From the NCBI RefSeq assembly GCF_009914755.1, contig NC_060925.1: a stretch of 64,000 bases of DNA. The stretch is one strand, 5' to 3'. Shown here in pieces: positions 56,185-64,000 of this stretch. How positions within the stretch are numbered: the first letter of the stretch is position 1; each line of letters starts with the position of its first letter. The notes beneath the pieces were generated by a model. That model was not told the DNA's origin. It did no database searches and worked only from the letters and a program-made list of their open reading frames with translations. The stretch is from the human T2T-CHM13v2.0 reference genome, Homo sapiens. A program made the position numbers and the translations under genes.

Positions 56185-57560
56185 GACATTATTTTTTAGA
56201 ACAGTTCTAGGTTTACAGAAAACTTGAGTGGATAATACAGAGAGTTCTCCTAGGCTCCCCTGTCCTCCAGCACACAATTTTCCCTACTAGTATGTTGTAT
56301 TAGTGTGGTCCATTCATTACAATTGATGAACCACTGTTGATACGTCATTATCAACTAAAGTCCATAGTTTACATTAGAGGTCATTCTTTGAGTTTCACAG
56401 ATTATGGGTTTTGGCAATTACATAATGTCCTAAATCCCCAATACAGCGTCATGCGAAAGAGTTTCACTGCTGAAAATTCCCTGTGCTTCACCATTTCACG
56501 CGTCCTCCTCTCCTCCACCCCTGACAACCACTCACCATTTTACTACTTCTATCTTTTTGACTTTCCAAGAATGTCCTAGAGTTGGAGTGGTACAGTATGT
56601 GGGTTTCCAGACTGGCTTCTTTCTAGCATTATGTACTTTAAGTTCCTTCATGTCTTTTCATGGCTTGATAACTTGTTTTTTAAAATCAGTGAATCAGATT
56701 TCCTTGTATGGCTACAACAGTTTGTTTATTCTTTCGCTTGGTGAAAGACATCTTGGGCACTTCCAAGTTTTGGCGATGATGAATAAAATTGCTGTAAGTA
56801 CTTCTGTGCAGGATTTTGAGTGAACTTAAGTTTTCCAAAGTGACTGTACCCTTTTGATTTCCACTAGCGATGGAAAGTTCTGGTTGCTCCTCATCTTTGA
56901 CAGCATTTGGTGTGTTCACCTTTTTGAATTTTAGCCATTCTAAACAGCTTATCTGCCCCTACTGTGGAATGATGTGACAGACATAGAATAACACTTACAG
57001 TGATTCTAGTTCAAAATGAGGCAACATGGAAGGGATAAAGAAGTCACTGACCCAAAATAGTTTGGAAATGGAGCTGGGCAAAATCCAGCAGAAGTTTCTT
57101 AATTAGGATCGACAGCCTGGGACCGGCCCGCCGTCCTGTGGGTCTTTGCCTCTGGGCTGTCTGCTGTGCATTTCTTGGAACCATTATTATTTATCTTTTT
57201 TTCTCACACTTTTTTGGGTATGGCTTCTATCGCACTCCAAATGTTTTTGAGATTCATCCATGTTGTTCTGTGTGTCACCAGTTTGTTCCTTTAGCCATTC
57301 CATGGAATGAGTGTATCACAGTTTATTGATCCATTCTTGTATTGACAGATACTTGAATGTTTCCAGTTTTTTGTATTATGAATAAAACTGCTATGAACAT
57401 TCTTGTATAAGTCATTTTCTGGACATAGGTTTTAGTTTCTCTTGGATAAATGCTTAGGAATTACTGAGTCATAGAATAGGTAGTTGTTTGTTTCTGTAAG
57501 AATATGCCAGATATTTTTTCCCAAAGTGCATATGCTGTTGTACCTTCCAACCATTAGTGT
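56185..57560 (-). mobile_element. Old L1M (L1MB/MC-like) 3' fragments (~56185-56945, ~57240-57560)
   Basis: tttttagaacagttctaggtttacagaaaacttgag, gacatcttgggcacttccaagttttggcgatgatgaataaa. Confidence 0.8.
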
Positions 57561-57569
57561 ACGAAGGTG

Positions 57570-58130
57570 AGAAAGCTTTTGCTCCTTCCAAAGAGGCCTC
57601 TCTATATACATGTAATTTTTTCTAACTGGAGATAGGCTGGTGACTTCAGGGACATGAGCATGGGATACAGGACACCTGTCATGACCACCACCATGAAATT
57701 GGGATTCAGGAAGGAGGCTAGTCATATAAGGAATCCTGTGACCAGCATGAGCTTCTATCAGGCCACACAGGGCACTCAAGTGAACAGGGCATATGGGGTC
57801 CTGGGGTCATGGTGAGAAAGGGTCTCATTGGTAAAACCTTTTCCCTTGGGGAGGTAAATAAATTCTTGGTTCCTTCTTGGTAGCCCTTGAAGATAAGGAT
57901 GGTCAAACAAAATAATATTATATCTGCAGAAAGTCAGATCTTGGTAAGATTTACTAGTTGGGAATCCAATGTTAATGCCAAGAAGCAGCTGCCAGTTGGG
58001 ATCAAATGTGAGCCTATGGATCAAGGTGCGTACTCAAACACAGAGAGCTTTTTGAAAGATGCTACCAGCAGTTTTTCCAGGGCAGAGATGGGTCCTTTAT
58101 TTTTCTCTCTAATCTAGCCCATATGCTTAG
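57570..58130 (-). mobile_element. ERVL-type internal fragment
   Basis: Resembles ERVL internal (pol region) sequence as recalled; no intact frame. Confidence 0.45.
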
Positions 58131-59569
58131 CTGAGAAGGTTTCTTCATATCACTTTAAATGATGATGTCCTTGTACAACAATTTTCGAAACATTCTTTAG
58201 ATAAGAATTTTATGGGCATCCTTTATTGCATTAGGCTCAAATTTCATGCATCTTAAGGTTTTATTGCAAAGTGTTGCCTTGTTTCCTTTTTAAGATGATA
58301 CAATTTGTAACACGCAAGTTTGCTGTCTGTCCCCTCCCTTTATGTACATATAAAATGAGCAAACATGTGGCCATGAAACAGATGGTCATAGAATTGGTTC
58401 AGTGGTTGTGAGTTCAGCAACCCAAGAGAGTCTTATCTGAAATACCACCAGGAATGCCTGGACACAGTAGACAAAAGTTGTTCAACTGGACGCCTTAGGA
58501 TACACGCTACCAAAAACAAAGTAGCCAAAAAGGAACCAGAATAACAGAATATCAGAGCCAGAGGAACATTTGGAGGTAATTCAGTACCTCCTCCTTTTCA
58601 ACCTACAGGAGAGATAGTGGAACAGAAGCAGAAATGGGCCTGCCTGCTGTGCCCAAAATTCATTGGAGATTGTTGTGGTGAAGAATTTCATTTATGATGA
58701 AGGAGAAATAAACCCTGTCAGCTTAAATTCAGGCAGGTTTATTGAAAAGGTGAAGAAGCGTCTTGCAGAAGCAAAGCATGGCTGAGGCTTGTGGGCTCTG
58801 TCTGGGAAAATGAGCAGCTGACAGTGGCTGATGCTGCCCCTGACTCTGGGGCCATGTGGTCTCTTGTTCCCTGAGAGCATCTCTTCTATTCTCTTGCATC
58901 TTCCCTCAGCCTGGCAGTCTCTGTGTACTCTGCAACACATAATTGAGCAAGGCTGTGCCAGCCCCAGTGCCACCTGGCACTTTAGGTCAAATTAGAAAGG
59001 CATGAAATAAAGTGGCCCTTCATAATACAGCTGTTGGAACAACAGTTGGAAGTACAATATCTTGACTCCTTATTTAGTGCTTTATGCTGAACTTTCTTTG
59101 CTGAATATGAGCACAGACTTCGGAATATTAATGTCACCTAGCGTTCTTAGCTAGTATTCTCCTTTTGTTTTCCCATAACATCCCCTCCTTCTTCCCACAG
59201 ATCCACTGTCCACTCATTTCCATCCTGTCTCATGCCACTCGGGGCTCGTCCCTCCTAGAATGCATCCCTGGCTCCCGTGCGTGCACACTTCTAGTTAGGT
59301 TTAGCAATGGAGGGCCCCCGATGGATCCTGGAAGTGAGAGGAAGGTGAGGTCCGTATTTCTTCCCTGTCCCTCCCTGCTCTGGCACTGAGTATCTGGCAA
59401 TAGCTGCATCTGTCTATTACTTCAGTGGCCACTCTTCCACAGCCCCAGTTCTCAGTGGGTCCCATAGCATTATTTACCTTTGTTCCTTTAGCTCCCATCA
59501 AGGAAGATCCAGAGACATTCTCCTCACCAAGGCGTTAAGAAATGCACAGGTGAGGGGAACAGCGGCATG

Positions 59570-60640
59570 CGTTTAAAAGTCCTGTGGCGCCCATCCTCTG
59601 CAGGCTGGAGGTCATGGCGGGAGCTGCTGCATGGATTTGCCCTCCCTGCTGTCAGTGAGAACAACAGGGTTCTGGAAGAGTAGAGGACAGGCCGTGGGAC
59701 TTGGCCATCTAGAGACAAGGCGGGAGGGATTTCCCTGAGAGGCAGGGATATGTGGTGGTTACTAATCATTCGAATCATTGTGAGGTGTCTGGGAATGTAA
59801 TGGATGGGACATCTACTAAGAAATCAACTTACGTTACACTTAGAAAAGCTCTAGTTCTGAGGACAGAGACCTGATGGAGTCACCATAGTGGGAATTTATG
59901 ACCTGGCATCCAGTTCAGATACCTGGAGCTTCTTGACTGAGGGGAGATTGGATCCCTTGAGGAAGAGTGAAGCCTTCAATGCTGCCACAAGTGTATGCTG
60001 TAAATCTTCCTTCAGGCCTTCCCCAGAAGGCCCTGAAGCCATTTATGTGGGTGACTGAAGAAAGGGAAATACTCAGAGCTTCTGTGGCTTGTTGGATGCT
60101 GGCTCTGAAGAATGCTAAACTGAGGGCCCTGCGGTGGCCATGAAAATGCACTACTTGCATCTCCAGCTGCAGGAGGCCTAACGAATCAGCAGCCTCAGCT
60201 GCTACCCTCCGAATGGAGGACTTGATGACATTTCCCCTGGATCTGCACTAGCCCGTGAGGAGGAAAGCCTCCTATCAAGTCCTCCCAACAGAACACCCAT
60301 GATGACTCATGAGGATGTTGAAGGTGTTTTCCTGTGGCAACTGTGAGTGTCTTTCTTCAAAGTCTGTTTTGTTCCTGCACATTAACTGATTTATATAAAA
60401 TAAGAGAATAAATGCCTAGACTCCCATGAGTCTATCTTTTACTGATAAACTCTAGTTCTGAGGACAGAAGCCTGATGGAGTCAGTATAGGGGGAATTTAT
60501 AACCTGGCATCCAGTTCAGAGACTTGGAGCTTCTCGACTGAGGGGAGATCGGGTCCCTTTGGGGAAAAAAGAAGCCTTCAATGTTGTCACAAGTGTATCC
60601 TGGAAATCTTCCTCTAAGCCTTCCTAGAGGGACCTGATAA
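59570..60640 (+). mobile_element. ERVL gag-pro remnant with internal duplication
   Basis: Protease-site relic GLLDAGSE at 60086-60109. ~188-bp direct repeats at 59849-60036 and 60450-60637. Confidence 0.7.
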
Positions 60641-60892
60641 CATGACTTATGATACAGTGACCCCAAATTCAGGGTGTTCTTGTCTACTGTCAAGAATGCA
60701 ATATCTTATTCCTCTGAATTGAACGTAGTACCAATATTTGTGTGTAGCTATGCACCTTAATAGACCATAGCTAATTAGATGAGGAACGGTAGACCCAATT
60801 CAACCATACAGGCATCAACCATATCAGCATACAGGCATCCCTCTCCCACCGTTTCCTTCTTGTCCCCACTCCAAAGCCTTCTCCATTTTATT

Positions 60893-61517
60893 TGTATTAA
60901 TTTTCTATTGCTGCATACTAAATTACTGCAAGCATTAGCGGCGTAAAATAAGAATGATTTATTTTCTTGCAGTGTCCACAGATCAGAAGTTCAGGCCTGG
61001 ATTCTCTGGGTCTTCTTCTCAGGGCCTCACAGGCTGAAATTAGGCTGGGTTTCTTTCTGGAGGTTCTGGGGAAGAACTTCCTCTCAAGTTTCCTCAGGTT
61101 GTCAGCTGAGTTCAGTTCCTTGTGACTGTAGGACTGAGATCTCTGTTTTCTTGCTGGCTGTCAGCCAGGGGCCTCTCGCTGCTCCTAGAGGCCTCCCATG
61201 TTCCCACTGCATGCTTCCTCCAGCCAGCAGAGGAGGATCGCCCTGCATGGAAACCCTCCTGCACTTCACATCTCTCCAGGAAGTCCTCAGTCCCTCCAAG
61301 GAACTCACGTTCACTAGGTCAAGCTCATCAGATAATCTGTCTATCTTAAATTGGACCGATTTGGGATCTCGATTACATCTGTTAACTTGTTTTTGCCATA
61401 AATTGTAACACAATCACAGGAGTGACATCTCCTCAGTAGCTTTGTCTACACTCAGGAGGAAGTGATTATATAAGAGCAAAGATCACTGGGGGTCATCTTA
61501 GGATTCTGTCTACCATA
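60893..61517 (-). mobile_element. MLT1 (MaLR) solo LTR, MLT1E-like
   Basis: tgtattaattttctattgctgc...ggaggttctggggaagaa...ggggtcatcttaggattctgtctaccata. Confidence 0.8.
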
Positions 61518-61555
61518 ATATTATAAAGACACAGTAATTAAAAGAGTATAACAGA

Positions 61556-63270
61556 TTTCTGCTTCTGTCTGTTAGAATAAATCATATCAGACTAACCCTG
61601 CCTCCATAAACAAACGTAAAATTGTTTTCAGCAGTGTACAACAGGCAGTCCAAGAGAAAACTTAAGGGGGAAGCCCCATGATTTCCTAGTTGTTTGGGGA
61701 GAATTTCTCAGCAGCTGCATAGTGAGCTAGAGTCCACTCAGGGCAGGGCAGCTCACTGAGCTGAGAAGGCAGAGATCAGAGTTCAAGACGGCTGAAGCAA
61801 CTGCAATCTGCAGGGCAGGGCACCAGTGAGGAGACAGCTGATCAAAGGTGCAGCTCTCAAAGTCTATGTGGGGTTCCATGTGCATACTTATCAAGGAGTG
61901 GACTCTACCTGCACAAGGAAAAGACTAACAGATTTAACAGAGGGGTGGCTGCTATGAAATTGAGTTTGGACCAGAGGTACTTGAGGTGGAGGAGGGTTGG
62001 GGAATGTATGATGGAGTTTCTGCCATCCATGGTGGGAAGAACTCATGCACACCTCATTAGCACCCAGGTATCCAACTGAGACACTAGAATGGATGTGCTT
62101 TAGGAATAAGTGTCACACTTTTCAATAAGGCCTATTGTAGACCAACCTGCTAAAGCCTAAAAGCAAACCCTGACAAATTCACAAAGGGGTGGATTGGTGA
62201 TTGAGTCCTGCCAAATTAGAGGGTCTTGGGAAATGCTGTGGGCTTTCCATGAATCCGTTGTAATAAAACATGAACCAGTCCACATAAGTCCAAAGTGATC
62301 AGACAGTAATTTTACTGCCCACTAGAACAAAATTAATTCACACAATCAATGACACATGTTAGCCAGGTCGATATTTAAGCAAAATACATCTAAGAACAGC
62401 TAACAAATAACTCTTCTCAAACTCACATAGAGCATTCAGCAAGATAGACCACATGTGCTGAGCCATCGTTAGTATTTTCTGTCCTTTCTCTTTGACTCGT
62501 GTATAGTGTGCTCAAACTCTTAAAATTATACACTTTAATGATTATACACTTTCATGCATCTCAATTGCATGTAAGTTATATTTCAATATATTTGTTAAAA
62601 GTTTATAATTAAAAAAACTGTCCTAGCTTGATTCAAGAAATCTTTTTTATATTTAAGAAAATGTAATGTTATGTATTATCAGGGCAAAAGAGAAAAACCA
62701 TATGATTACCTTGTCATACACAGTAAAAGCATTTGGCACAATTGAAAACTTTTTTCATGATTTATAAAAACAAACCCCAGAAAACTCTCAGCATGATAAG
62801 AAGAGAAGGCAACACTTTCAACCCTATTAAGGGTAGATTTGAAAAAAACTCAGAGGTAACATTATATTAAATGGCATAGGATTGAATGCTTTTCTATTAA
62901 ATCAGAGAAAAAAGTAGAATATCTGTTGTTATTCTTTCAATTCAGCATTATACTAGAGATCTAAATCAATGCAATAAAGTAAGAAAAATAAAAGTATTGA
63001 AAAGATTGAAAAGAAAGAATTGAAGCTGTCTTTATTCACAGATAATGACTGTGTATGTTAATAATCCTAGAAATCTATAAAAATCTGCCAAAAGTAATTA
63101 GTGAGTTTGGTAATGTTGCAGAATATAAGCTCAATAGAAGTAGTCTTTTGTATTTCTGTGTATTAGCAATGAGCATTTGGAAAATGAAATAAAAATACAA
63201 TTTCATTTCAAGTAACATCTAAATACATGTTGTGCTTAGAAATAAATTCAACAGGCTGGATCCGGTGGCT

Positions 63271-63314
<44 letters not shown>

Positions 63315-63680
63315 TGGGTGGGTGTGGGTGTGTATATTCACCTTTTTGAAGATTATCTATCGTTATCTCCAAACAGGGAACATTAAGAGAACATTAAAAG
63401 AAACCACAATATAGGAGATATATTTATTTCCAACAAAGGGGTTTTTTAGAGTGTATTTGTATATATATATGTATGTATATATATATAAGTTTAATAAGAT
63501 AAACAGCACAATGAAACAATTTCTCAAAAGACTTGAATAGGTACTTAAGAAAAGAAGATACATGAATGGTCAATTAGCATAGGAAAAGATGCTCTACAGT
63601 TTAGCCATCAGGAACATCAATCAATACAACAATGAGATACCAGTACATGTCCTGTACATATGAGATACCAGTACATATCT
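61556..63680 (+). mobile_element. Old L1M fragments (5' region and ORF2)
   Basis: ORF2-like sequence (gaaaaaccatatgatta, aagcatttggcacaattgaa, tttattcacagataatg). Confidence 0.8.
63274..63334 (+). repeat. (TG)n microsatellite following a short Alu 5' stub
   Basis: ggctggatccggtggctcac, then (TG)n. Confidence 0.92.
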
Positions 63681-63682
63681 GG

Positions 63683-63855
63683 TGCCTGGGATTACAGGCA
63701 CCGGCCACCATGCCTGGCTAATTTTTTGTATTTTCAGTAGAGGCAGGGTTTTACCATGTTGGCCAGGCTGGTCTTGAACGCCTGACCTCAGGTGATCTGC
63801 CCGCCTCAGCCTTGCAAAGTCTTGGGATTACAGGCATGAGCCACCAGGCCCAGCC
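63683..63855 (-). mobile_element. Alu (partial)
   Basis: Antisense Alu. Confidence 0.9.
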
Positions 63856-63909
63856 AAAATGATTCCATTTTTATGAAGCACATGATCAAGCAAAATGAAT
63901 CTATGGTGG

Positions 63910-64000
63910 CTGCTAAGTTTAAATATTGGTCCCCTCCAAATCACATGTTCAAATGTGGTCCCCAGTGTTGGAGGTGGGGGTAAATGGGAGGTGTTTGGGT
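63910..64000 (+). mobile_element. MST/THE1-type MaLR LTR 5' end
   Basis: tcccctccaaatcacatgttcaaatgtggtccccagtgttggaggtgggg..tgggaggtgtttgggt. Confidence 0.8.

Noticed and set aside
63633-63676. tgagataccagtacat repeated twice
   Set aside because: Small local duplication inside an old L1 next to an Alu break; no sign of function.

Overview
Human (hominid) genomic DNA, Alu-rich, with no intact full-length protein-coding gene. Content and order match the 1p36.13 segmental-duplication mosaic (MST1P2 / CROCCP2 / NBPF1 5' end, reverse-complemented relative to the reference as I recall it) or a near-identical paralogous copy. From left to right: (1) a decayed ERV1 provirus plus a solo LTR10-type LTR that appears to split a U1 snRNA 3' remnant; (2) CROCC (rootletin) exons ~4-7; (3) a ~6.2 kb AT-rich block of unknown origin; (4) a 3p21-derived duplicon with a complete 18-exon MST1 pseudogene (minus strand) head-to-head with the RNF123 promoter and exons 1-3; (5) CROCC exons ~9-22; (6) a second orphan block carrying poly(A) signals; (7) the NBPF CpG-island promoter and 5' non-coding exons among L1, L2, ERVL and MaLR fragments. 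I found nothing I can call a new biological system. The best leads are a phase-compatible RNF123::CROCC chimera, a 36-bp micro-inversion at an exon/Alu breakpoint, the LTR-split U1 remnant, an intact kringle-only ORF inside the MST1 pseudogene, and borrowed poly(A) signals. Gene identities, exon numbers and repeat families come from recalled sequences, not from searches. Repeat boundaries are approximate.
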